From an uncultured virus (IMG/VR IMGVR_UViG_3300027563_000599) (lineage: Duplodnaviria; Heunggongvirae; Uroviricota; Caudoviricetes), in the IMG/VR virus record IMGVR_UViG_3300027563_000599: a DNA stretch of 64,000 nucleotides, one strand, 5' to 3'. Made by a program: the position numbers and the translations under genes. This document shows positions 19,185 to 29,400 of this stretch, in pieces (within the stretch, counting starts at the first letter, position 1; every line of letters starts with the position of its first letter). The notes under the pieces are model-generated. The model was not told the origin of the DNA. It worked only from the letters and a program-made list of their open reading frames with translations, and made no database searches.

Positions 19185-19968
19185 CTATTGCTCCTAATTG
19201 TTGTTTTCCCATGGCATGAAAATCTTGAGTCAAGGTGATCCATCGTGCTTTTTTATCTGGTGTCAAAAAGTCTACTCGGTACGAATCTTTATCGAGTTGA
19301 GTTAAACGATGGTCTGGAGTAAGACTTGCCAATGTTCCAGGAATCGAATCAACACACAATGTGTTTCCATTCAAAGTATTTAACGCAATACTAAGCGCAT
19401 GGTCATTTCTATAAGTAGGGTTGGGATTTTTATACAGGTTCCTGTAGTGTGTCCAGTTGTCACGAATCATTTGCATCGAATCAAACAGCAACTCTGCGGC
19501 GGCGCTGCGGCGGAACATCATCACAGTGGCCCACCACATGGGCATGCGATGATTGCCAAAGTAATTTAAATCTTCAAACGTTTGCAAGCCTGTTACATCA
19601 GTTGCCCAACGATGGCACACAAAATCTCGATCACTTGCTAACACAGATGATAGATGATTGCTTGCCACCACATAGTCCGCATCTAACACCAGCGTTTGAT
19701 TCCACGGGCTTAACTTATATGCATCCATGCGATTTGTATTGTGCCAGGTCACTGTGGTATCATAGTCAGAAAAATATCTTTGCCCAGCACCTTCGGGTGC
19801 GGCAATTACTACGCGATCAAACACATGCGGCAGAGCGGGTAGGCGATCAGTGACCAAACAGACAGGAATATTCAAATGTCTATGAATATTGCCAGCTGTC
19901 CAATTGGCCATTGCAACATAGTCTATTTGCTCGTTGTTAAATGCAAATATCAATGCTCCTGTGGTCAT
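19168..19968 (-). CDS. GT-A (GT8-like) glycosyltransferase-like protein
   Basis: GALIFAFNN...SPWNQTLVLDADY (DxD), YRNDHALSIA, FHAMGK; start moved to the ATG at 19968 (ATGA overlap). Confidence 0.65.
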   Translation of the reverse strand: MTTGALIFAFNNEQIDYVAMANWTAGNIHRHLNIPVCLVTDRLPALPHVFDRVVIAAPEGAGQRYFSDYDTTVTWHNTNRMDAYKLSPWNQTLVLDADYVVASNHLSSVLASDRDFVCHRWATDVTGLQTFEDLNYFGNHRMPMWWATVMMFRRSAAAELLFDSMQMIRDNWTHYRNLYKNPNPTYRNDHALSIALNTLNGNTLCVDSIPGTLASLTPDHRLTQLDKDSYRVDFLTPDKKARWITLTQDFHAMGKQQLGAIVANPL

Positions 19969-20273
19969 CGTTGTTTGCTGATTTCTTCGTGTTCGGCCAA
20001 CCAGGCATTCATTTGTTCTTGCCAGCGACCCAGGGCCAGGTATTGTAATTCCACTGGAGTTATTTTTACAGGAGTTTCGTACAAATCTAAAAGTACAACA
20101 TCGTCTTCTACTGGGATTGCCTGTAGTAGTGTCAACAGTTCTGGCCCGGCACACCACATACCGCCACGATAGGCAAATGTCATTCGAGCTTGATATTTTT
20201 CTTTAAGAACTCTTCGGGCTGCCGCATGATCAAATCGAGCACGACCGTGTGCAATTAATTGTTCAGTATTCAT
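19965..20273 (-). CDS. Hypothetical protein (102 aa), first gene of the minus-strand modification operon
   Basis: ORF starts 6 nt after a TATAAT box and is coupled to the downstream GT gene. Confidence 0.75.
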   Translation of the reverse strand: MNTEQLIAHGRARFDHAAARRVLKEKYQARMTFAYRGGMWCAGPELLTLLQAIPVEDDVVLLDLYETPVKITPVELQYLALGRWQEQMNAWLAEHEEISKQR

Positions 20274-20279
20274 AGTGAT

Positions 20280-20308
20280 ATTATACAGGGGATATAGATA
20301 AAAGTAAA
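20280..20308 (-). promoter_or_regulatory. Sigma70-type promoter TTTACT-17-TATAAT, probably giving a leaderless mRNA
   Basis: Minus strand reads TTTACT tttatctatatcccctg TATAAT atcact ATG. Confidence 0.6.
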
Positions 20309-20326
20309 GGGCCCGGAGGCCCTTTT
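20299..20326 (-). terminator. Rho-independent terminator closing the structural operon
   Basis: Minus strand AAAAGGGCC-TCCG-GGCCCTTT-ACTTTT, about 20 nt after the stop of 20347..21351. Confidence 0.8.
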
Positions 20327-20346
20327 GGTAAACCGCTACAGTTTAA

Positions 20347-21351
20347 TTAAGAGCTGGTAACTGAGGCTGCAATAGTTGGTGTGCCCCAGGCTGCGCTGGT
20401 TAGATATGTTGAACTGGGCACAAACAGCGTGACCACTGTGGCCGGTGCTGTACCAAAACTTGTGAATGGTGATGCAGTGGCAGTACCACCAGTGATGATG
20501 TTGGTACCGCCTGGGGCTGGATCGCCGCCTGGGTCAACCCAAGTTGTGGTCAACACTAGTTGTGTGCCTGTGCCTGCTGTTTTGGCATTCAATGAAATGA
20601 ATTGTCCAGTATACGGAGCAGTATCAGCAAATTGGCGATACAGTTGTGTGTCTGTGGTTGTTAACCCGTACCAACCAGTTGTGGTGGTCAATGTGTTTGG
20701 AGTGCCAGTGCCACCAATTTTGGTAGTGCCGGTGTATGCAGTACTAGCAATGGTTTGTGTGCCAAATTGGCTGCCCATGGTGATGTACAGGTCGCCAACC
20801 AATGTAGTTGCTAGATCATTCCACTCAGCGTCACCAGGATTGCCGGTTGAACTCTTGTTGGTTTCCCACTTGATTCGTCCACCTGCATTGAAGAAATATC
20901 TAGCAGCATCGGCACTGGCCCAGGTAATGGTGTGCGTAAATGTGATTGTCCAAGCAGTGTCGCCACTGCCTGTTTGGCTAGTTTTAGCAGTGGTGCCGGA
21001 GAATGTGGTTGTTTGCGCACCACTGGCCGAGGCGTTGCCGCGAGCATTGGTGATGGCGGTTACGTCAGTGGCCAAGTTTGCTAAAATTGCAATGGTACTA
21101 CCAGTGGTCGGGTTTGAGCGACTGGTAATGGTTGTGCCTTGGTGGCTGGCCATGGACGAGATTCTACTGTTTAAGGTCGTCCACTGAGTGGCAGTGACTG
21201 TTGCAGCCGCAGCCACTGTGCTGACCGCGGCCTCGCCATAGCCAAATGTTGTAGCACCAGTGGACCAAATCCCGTTTATGTTTGCAGCATTGGTGCTAAC
21301 AAATCCATTATAATCTACTGCTTGTATTAAGCCGCCTACTGAATATGTCAT
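20347..21351 (-). CDS. Virion structural protein (Thr/Gly/Ala-rich, tail-fibre associated)
   Basis: T/G/A-rich composition, ARYFFNAGG motif, position downstream of fibre and baseplate genes. Confidence 0.65.
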   Translation of the reverse strand: MTYSVGGLIQAVDYNGFVSTNAANINGIWSTGATTFGYGEAAVSTVAAAATVTATQWTTLNSRISSMASHQGTTITSRSNPTTGSTIAILANLATDVTAITNARGNASASGAQTTTFSGTTAKTSQTGSGDTAWTITFTHTITWASADAARYFFNAGGRIKWETNKSSTGNPGDAEWNDLATTLVGDLYITMGSQFGTQTIASTAYTGTTKIGGTGTPNTLTTTTGWYGLTTTDTQLYRQFADTAPYTGQFISLNAKTAGTGTQLVLTTTWVDPGGDPAPGGTNIITGGTATASPFTSFGTAPATVVTLFVPSSTYLTSAAWGTPTIAASVTSS

Positions 21352-21365
21352 TTTTTATTATCCTA

Positions 21366-22649
21366 TCAATTGATTTTGACAATTGCTTCTACTGTGCCCT
21401 GCTCAGTAGACAGCTTGTTTTCTAATGATCTGCCAATCACATTAAATGCTGTAGCTTCTCCTGGTTGAGCAGCTCTGGCCAATCCGTTGCCAGCAGACAC
21501 TAGTCTATCACCTTTGTGAACAACACCAATGGTGTTAACTGGCACACGCCCGGTCATTGCCACAGGCGGATGTGTTTCATCGTTGCCAGCCACAGCGTTC
21601 ATTAGATATGCTGCTCTAGTACTTATGACACCGAACACACTTTCACTTAGTTCGTCGGTAACTTTGGTAATTTCTTGTGATCCGCCCAGTTCAACCACTG
21701 TGCCGGCTGCCAGCACTTCGTCAGCTGCAAAGCGTTCTGCAACGTCAGCATAGTTGGCTGTGATGCCATTGGTACCGGATACAATACCTGTAGTGCCACT
21801 GATATTCATCACTGTGGTTGGTGTTCCGGCAATGTTCACACTGAATGCAATGTTACCGTTGCTGGTTTGATTAGAAATTGTTGCTGTAGTGCCTGTTACT
21901 CCCACACGGAAATCAGAATTTGCACCAACAGTGAGACCAGTGTTGTTCAACACACCAAATGTGCCCGAAGTAGTTTGAGCAACATCCTTCAGCAAGAAGC
22001 CTGTTGAGTCAATGTTGTCCAGTGTTTCTGCATTACTTGCTGTGCCTTGGAACAACGGAATTACAGAACCTATGCCTGTACTCATTGTGATACCAGGACG
22101 CACTGTGGCAAATCCTGTCAAGGCTGCTTGCGGGGTAAATGCAGCATCTTTGCTTACAATAGCTACCACAGCGTCTTGAACATACAGCTTGATTACCACG
22201 TGACTCACTGATGTGTTGTCTGTGATTGTGTCAACAATGGCGCCTGTTATACCGGTACCTGCTGTAAATTGCGGACCAACCAGCAACCAGGCTGTACCTG
22301 TATAGACTTTTAATTGTGCGTTGACTGTGTCGTACCACAGATCGCCTTGTACGTTACTGGTAGGAGCAGTAGAACTGGCTGTTGCAGCACTGATAACTTT
22401 GAATCTAGTACCGTTGTAGACCTTCATCAAGCCATTGGCCTTGTCCCACCAAAGTTGTCCTGTTAGTGGTGCAGTTGGGGCAGTGGTATTAGAACCATTT
22501 TCCAGCAAGTGGATAAAGTTTTCGTCTAAAAATGCACCGTAGCCAGCGTAATTTTTACCGACTAATACCATTGAACTAGCGGTGTTGATGGTACCATCTG
22601 CAATAGTTGCAAATATGGTGTTATCGGTTAAAGTGATTGTATATGCCAT
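21366..22649 (-). CDS. Tail fibre-like protein with C-terminal intramolecular-chaperone/autoproteolytic (peptidase G2/S74-like) domain
   Basis: GQLWWD/GDLWYD repeats, LVGKNYAGYG..ENF, C-terminal YADVAERF...GTVVELGG...GVIST...VAMTGRVPV...KGDRLVS. Confidence 0.7.
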   Translation of the reverse strand: MAYTITLTDNTIFATIADGTINTASSMVLVGKNYAGYGAFLDENFIHLLENGSNTTAPTAPLTGQLWWDKANGLMKVYNGTRFKVISAATASSTAPTSNVQGDLWYDTVNAQLKVYTGTAWLLVGPQFTAGTGITGAIVDTITDNTSVSHVVIKLYVQDAVVAIVSKDAAFTPQAALTGFATVRPGITMSTGIGSVIPLFQGTASNAETLDNIDSTGFLLKDVAQTTSGTFGVLNNTGLTVGANSDFRVGVTGTTATISNQTSNGNIAFSVNIAGTPTTVMNISGTTGIVSGTNGITANYADVAERFAADEVLAAGTVVELGGSQEITKVTDELSESVFGVISTRAAYLMNAVAGNDETHPPVAMTGRVPVNTIGVVHKGDRLVSAGNGLARAAQPGEATAFNVIGRSLENKLSTEQGTVEAIVKIN

Positions 22650-22671
22650 TTGTTTATTACTCCATTAATTG

Positions 22672-22679
22672 TATTTATA
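22672..22679 (-). promoter_or_regulatory. T4-type late promoter TATAAATA (second copy CATAAATA at 22697-22704)
   Basis: Exact T4 gp55 consensus, upstream of a GGAG Shine-Dalgarno and the ATG at 22649. Confidence 0.7.
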
Positions 22680-22699
22680 ATGCAATTATATATCTATAT

Positions 22700-23320
22700 T
22701 TATGCCGCACTAAGGTTGGTCAGTGTCTGGATACGTATCGTGTAATCAATCTGTATCTGTCTGTTCAAACTCTTTTGCACAGGATGAAATATCACATGGG
22801 TAATCAGACGCAAATTATCTGCCGCTCCGTTCCATGTCTTGAGCCCTAATTCGTCGAACACATACTCACCGTTGAAGTTTGTACTGTTATCGAATGCCTG
22901 CTGTCCGGGTGGTTCGCCGTAGTCCAGCAAGCAAGTTACTAAGATATCCGTATAGACCTTGCCTGACGTGTGTAACACAGTCATTTTGTTGTTGGCCGAA
23001 TCGGTATTTGCTGCAGAATTGTCATTGACTACCTTGGCATAAGTTTCGTTATACAGCGTGGCATTTTGTCCTGTGGTGTTGGGCGGCAAATATGTGATGA
23101 TGCCGGTGGGGTCCACACTGGATCCGCCGTTGCCAAATGCCATTTGATATATCCAACCACCGCCCTGGGCCGACGTACGATCGCTCAAGGTTTGTGCCAT
23201 TGCAACACTTATGTTTTCGTAGTGAATTGCATTCTTTTTATCCACTAGTATTTCACCAGTAGCAGGATCATGAATTTTTACAAATCCTTCAATTTTAGCA
23301 AAGCCGGATTGAATTATCAT
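22700..23320 (-). CDS. Putative virion structural protein (206 aa)
   Basis: Lies in the structural operon; FGNGG, LDYGEP, FDELGL, THVIFHPVQKSLNR. Confidence 0.65.
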   Translation of the reverse strand: MIIQSGFAKIEGFVKIHDPATGEILVDKKNAIHYENISVAMAQTLSDRTSAQGGGWIYQMAFGNGGSSVDPTGIITYLPPNTTGQNATLYNETYAKVVNDNSAANTDSANNKMTVLHTSGKVYTDILVTCLLDYGEPPGQQAFDNSTNFNGEYVFDELGLKTWNGAADNLRLITHVIFHPVQKSLNRQIQIDYTIRIQTLTNLSAA

Positions 23321-23454
23321 GCTCGCTTCTCCACTAAGACTTCTTTGGTTTTGGGATCAAAAATACGAACATGCCCTTCAACAGAAATAGATCCTGTTTC
23401 ATTGGGTTTTTTGGCCGGTACTGTGGGCTGTGGTGATTTTGTATTTTGAGTCAT
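23317..23454 (-). CDS. 45-aa small protein (not in ORF track)
   Basis: MTQNTKSPQPTVPAKKPNETGSISVEGHVRIFDPKTKEVLVEKRA*; ATGA overlap with the next gene; GATAAATA ends 4 nt upstream. Confidence 0.7.
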   Translation of the reverse strand: MTQNTKSPQPTVPAKKPNETGSISVEGHVRIFDPKTKEVLVEKRA

Positions 23455-23458
23455 ACTT

Positions 23459-23466
23459 TATTTATC
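23459..23466 (-). promoter_or_regulatory. Late promoter GATAAATA
   Basis: Ends 4 nt upstream of the ATG at 23454. Confidence 0.6.
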
Positions 23467-23470
23467 TTGT

Positions 23471-26400
23471 TTAATCGCCCCGTAAAAACCTTGCGGCCGG
23501 CGTATTGGTATCTTGCAATGCTATACCATTACTTGGGGTATTGATTCCGGGAGCATACCAGGTCACACCTCTACGTACCAAAATAGTAACTTGTACGCCA
23601 TCCGGCGGTGCAATATTAAACTCAACAGTACACATTGGGCCCGGATCTATAATGGCGTAACCACCGTATTGACGTGTTCCGCCCACATAAACCTCAACTG
23701 CTTCTTCTATTGTGGTGCTGTCATCCAGGTCGGTTACATTGAGGTTTTCTGCCACAAATACTGTGTTTGTTCCGTTGCCTAAAATTGGGTACACTGCGGT
23801 GTTGTTGTTGAGATTGCTCACAACATAGTCTTGATCTTGCGGCGGTAACAAGTTTATACGGCTAATGTTGTACACATCTGTGCCAACTGTGTGATCAGCA
23901 GCAGCGGTTCCAGCTGTGCCTCTTCGTAAGCCAGTGACCTTGTTGTTTGCAATATCTAGGTCTCGATACATGATACGTTCTCCGTCCACAGTCAGTAGAC
24001 CCCATATGTTATTGGCCAAATTTGGTTCATTCAACGCAGAGGCATTATGTACATAGATTGTGTCACCATCAGCTGCCAATGGTTCAACCAAATACGTAGT
24101 AGTTGACGGTGTAATTCGATAAGTGGCCTGCACCCCGCGCATGTCTTGGAATATGCGGAATGCCATGGCTTCTGGCGCAACACTATTGGTGAATTCTGTA
24201 ATCATCACAACATCGGTCGGTGTCATAATATATCCACCTGCCAACACTATAGTATTGTCCACAATAGTAAAGTCGTCGTTGACAAATATTCGTCGACCGT
24301 TCAAGGTCACCCATAAGCTGTCAGCATTGGTTACTATTTTATTCAGATACAAATCGTTACTAGTAGCCGATTGTGTATCAGAATAGTCGTATGATCCCGG
24401 TGCGTCAGATAGTATACCAACGTCATAGTCAGTGCTGTCGTAGGGTTCCACCAGTGCAACTGCGGCCTGAACTGGACCAACATATACCTGTGTTAGAATA
24501 TCCTGTTGTCGAGTATCATTCCAGCTGGTCACTGCAATAACATCGCCGGTGACTGGCACCAAGCCGCCTGCAGAGTTAAACAGCAGTTGATTTCCAACTA
24601 CAACTGCCTGAGTGTCAGTAGTAACACAAATTAAAATTTTCTCAGCCAATGCAGGCGGAGAACTAAACAACACAGCACATGGTGTATATATCTCAGAAAA
24701 ACCTCCAACATCGTATGGTTCGCTGTCGTACGCAATAGCCGGATTCTCAGGTACCACAGTGAAATCAATGCCCAACACCTGTGGAATATTGTCAACATAC
24801 ACACGAACTTCGTTGGGTGAAATTATTGACTGCGAGAATCCCAGACGTTGTGCCACTGGGTAAAGCACTTGCGTTCCATCGGCCAAGTAAGCAATACCAG
24901 CTGATGTTCTTGCACGAACGCCGTTTACTGTAACAACCAGGTTGTCAGGGTTAACATACTCCATGCTGTTGGTTAGAGTATATTGCAAATTACCGGTTGC
25001 GCCAGCAATGTACTGTGTGACCGGCACAGACCAACTGTAATCTATTGCAACATTGTCTACTGTGGTTGGTCCAATTGCTCCAACCATCAAGTAATCATCA
25101 GCAGTATAGGTGTTGATGAACAATATTTGTGTACTGGTACTGGTGCGCTGAGAGAATGTATAATCGGTAGTTAATACTCCGTTGACAAAAATTACAAATT
25201 CATCTATTAGCGAATACTGCACTGGCACTGTGAGTGAGTTGCCGATTTCTAAACCATTGTACGAACGCTTGAACAATTGATTGCCGCCACCAATTTCGTA
25301 CAGGGCAATTGTTATTTCGGTGCCTACAGGCACAGTACTTGCCAGTGTGATTGATTGAGCGGCCCAATCGGCAGTGTATTCTATACCCAGAGTCAAATCA
25401 ACTCCTGTGGTTTGATTTGACACAATCATTGTGGCTGGATACGGCACAACTCCAGCAAAACTGTAAGTTCCTCCCACTGTGCTGACAGTGAATTTTTGCA
25501 CTTCGGTTCGGAATCCATGTCCGTCGCGGGCCCAGTCTGCACCCGGTGTGGTATACACACGAATGTCTAGTGTGTCAAATTCACTGCCTGGTATTAATTC
25601 TTCCGGGGCATAACTCGAATACTGATCAATGTATCCCCCACCTTCAACGTTGATACTTGTGGGTCTTGTGCCCAGGTATATATCAGTGTATGGACTTTCG
25701 TAGATAGCGTCCAGTATGCTTTCATCGAACGTGACTCGACCTTCGGGCCCGTATTGGAAGTTATCAAAAGGTGTAGAATCGTATGGTGAAATATCAAATC
25801 CAGGATATTGATCATAACCAACACCAAACACTTGCACTCCGGGGTATTCAACACCATCAATCAACAACGGCAGACTTAGACCAGGTTGATCAGCAGTTGG
25901 AGCATAGAATCCCATGGTACGGTCAACACCTGTCAGTGTACCGGCATTTACTTCTACCCAATCCAGTGGATCAAATGTAGCACTTTGAATGCCAGTACTG
26001 TCACTGTTGGCTGCTTGCCAAACGCGATTTAGATATCTGACCTGAGTGCCATTATCATAGTTTACATTTGGCTGCCATTCAACAATGTTAGACGAATATT
26101 CATATCTATCATATTTGATGGTAGTTTTAAGTTGGCGTACTAAATTATTGCCCATGACAACCGCAGCAGTGGCACCTGTACCATTGCCACCTACCAATGT
26201 TATTGTTGCAGTAGTAATATAGCCGCTGCCATAGTTATCAATTGTGATTGCAATTACCTGCCCGGCACTGTTGACAACCGCAGTCATTTCGGCCTGCGTA
26301 ACACAGTCACCTGTGACCACCACGTCTGGCGCTGTGCTATAACCTGTGCCGGGATTTGTAATCACAATAGATTGAACGTTCAATGTATAATTGTTGTACC

Positions 26401-29400
26401 ATTCATTCCAAGGAGTTTCTGTCCACAACACAGCACTGGCTTCAGTGTTTGCATCAAAATTAGTTCTGCTGTTGGCCGTCGATTGTGTATATGGCAGCAA
26501 CACTGGACTAATAAATTGTGGCACCACCAGACTGGTATCATAAAACGCAGGATTATCAAAATCCGTTAACATTCCATCATATTCATTGTTGCCGTTGTAC
26601 AGCAAATTAAATTCTCGGATTTGTGTGTGGTAAGGTTTGACCTCTTGAATGTAATTCAACACAAAATCTTGATTGTCTTGACGGAATGACTGGTAAGGCA
26701 ATAAGTTACGAATTTTATGATCAACATCAATCAAACTGGTTTTTATCAACCAGTCCGGGGCAGGGAATTCACTCATGATAAATTCAAACATCAAAATCAA
26801 CGAACGGTTGCGTTCAATTGCTAGTTCGTCAATAAACAACTGTTCATTGATTGCTTGAATTACTTTGCGTGTTTCAATTACAGGTTCTTGATCAAAGTAT
26901 TGAGCATCAAACACTTCCAGGTCAAATCCAAAATTGCCAATGGCGTAATCCCATAATTCTGCATTGAATTCAATTGTGCCGTCTTCAAGGCCTACACGAT
27001 CCCATCCAGTTAGTGTGCGTTGATAAATCTCATATTTGCCTGTTAGTGCATTGGATACTTCAACACTGGATCCAACAGGGGTTGTTTCCAGTGTTAACAC
27101 GGATAGACCAGCATAATTTGCAACTGTAGCAACAGGATTCAATGTGCTGTTGTAACCGGGTTGATACCAATTTATGTAACTCCAATAACGTCGTGTGTCG
27201 TAGTTCTGCACACGGATAAGTGACAGTTCTTTGGTAAATGCTACTGTGGTGCTAATGGTCACTTCGTAAATGGTCCAGAATCCCGAATTAGACGAGTCTG
27301 TCATCACTAGATATTTGTACCCAACAGGCACCAATGCCAGATTCTGATAACCCAGTTCTGTTAGATCAGCAACTCGTTTATTCCAGGCCCCTGTGCTGGC
27401 ACCAGGCTCTTGTTCTTTGCTGTTGAGCAAAGAAAAATCTTTGGTTTCAGCAATTGGATAATTTGCCAGTATTCGATTGGCACGACCCAGGTAATTTTTT
27501 AACGCAGCAAAGCGATCAACAAACATGCTTTGTCGTGGTCTAAATTCAACGCCGTAACGTTCTACCGGGCTTAGGTTGGTGTCAGGCACTGGGGCGCCAA
27601 GAATATTGATTCCACTCAGACTATCTTGCAGTTTGAGATATAAATTATCGCTAAGGAAACTGTCAGCCAGGCCGTCGGCAATCAGTTCATATTCTTGATG
27701 CACGTTGTCGTCGTTGAGTATTCGATCGTATTCTATGTGTAGGATGGTATCCTGGGCATTGATCAAACCAAATACATTGTAAATTGCAACTGTGCTTGCA
27801 TTCAACGGCGCAATATAAGAAATGCCACTGGCACGTGGATTGGCAATATAATTGGCTATGGCAGTTGTGCTTAATTTTTTACCTGCCACTGTGTCCACCG
27901 TGGATATGTTTCGCACCCAGTAATAATAACGAGTTGCAAAAATATTGTCAGCATTGAGTTCTGCACGAGTGGTGTAACTCAATACACTCAATGGTGTGCC
28001 TGGGCCTGCGTAATTGACCGGTGCCACATCACTTTCGATCCATTGGTAGATATCTATAGAACTACCCGGGAATACCTGGCCCCAACGACGACTTGCATAG
28101 ACAATATTGTCCTGGTTTGGATCAATGAAACGAACTGAATTTGTGTCCCACCATATTTGTCCAACTTTTAAGGATCCCCACGGATTGCCAACATTTCGAA
28201 CTGGACCTGTGTTGTAATTTGCAGGATCTACTGCTCCAATATAGTCAATGTTCTCTCTGGCAACTCCAAGAATTTTGCCCTGCAACGGATCAAAGAAATC
28301 CAAATACGATGTGATTTCAGAAGCCAATTTATCATACATGTAAACAGAGTTTAACAATGCAATATCGACCACTGGCTGTTGTATGTGTTTGACTGTCCAG
28401 GCTGGAGTTCTGTCAGCGTTTTCAAACACACTGACTCGACCAAAATTAAGACTGGTGCTGTCTCCAAGGTCACTGCCAGGCGAGCCGATCAGCAATCTAC
28501 CTGTTACATAACTGATTGCAGTGCCATAGCGATCAAGTTCAACTATGCTGTTGTCGTACATTTGTTGTCCGAACACAAACTTTCCTGGGTTTGTGACCGA
28601 GTCAGTTGAACTTGACAGATAATCAAAGGTATACACAACACCACTTTGAACTACCACAGTGGAAAACACTGTACTGCGATCATCAAAATATGTTGTTCCG
28701 GAATCAAAGGTCACTGGCTGGTACAAATTACCGCGAGGAGCACCAACCACTAGGTTGGTTGAATCTGTGTTGATAAACACAGTGGATCCAAAACTTGCGC
28801 CGGGTGTGGGATTGGGACTGGTTATTGTTTGCGTGTAGGCATAGTTCACAAATCCAATGTTTGCAAATGCAGAGCCTGTTAGTCCTGGTAGTACATCTAA
28901 TTTTGCCCCAGGCGTGGCAGCAGCAGAATTTATCACACTGAGAGTCAATACACCAGAAACAACTTTTATCACTGCGCCAGTGGCTGGTGCTGTAACAAAA
29001 TTGATCGTGCCTGTTGTGTTGTTGTAAGTGTAATCAACGTTGAAAGTTTGTAGTATATTGCCAATGTATACCACAGTGGTATAATTGGTGCCATACTGTG
29101 AGTATGTCACACCAATGTCAAATGTTTTTGTAATGTTGTCGCCTGCAAAGAACAAATCTGCAGATGTTGTGGCCACAGTGTTTGGTATACCGACTCCGTC
29201 ATTGGCATTGTTGATGGCAAAGGCCAAGCCAGCAACATTATTGCCAGGTACAGTTACTCCATCTTTGACATAGGTAGCTGGAACTGCTACTTCGTAGTTG
29301 TTGACACGCAGTGTGTTGCCAGTGGTCAATGTAGGGTTTGCAACAGGTGAAGATATTATTCCATACACTCGGGCTTGATTCACATTGCGCTGAACACTGC

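Noticed and set aside
19969..20157. Extended starts given for 19168..20157 and 16868..17878
   Set aside because: They overlap upstream genes extensively; internal ATGs at 19968 and 17794 give normal translational coupling
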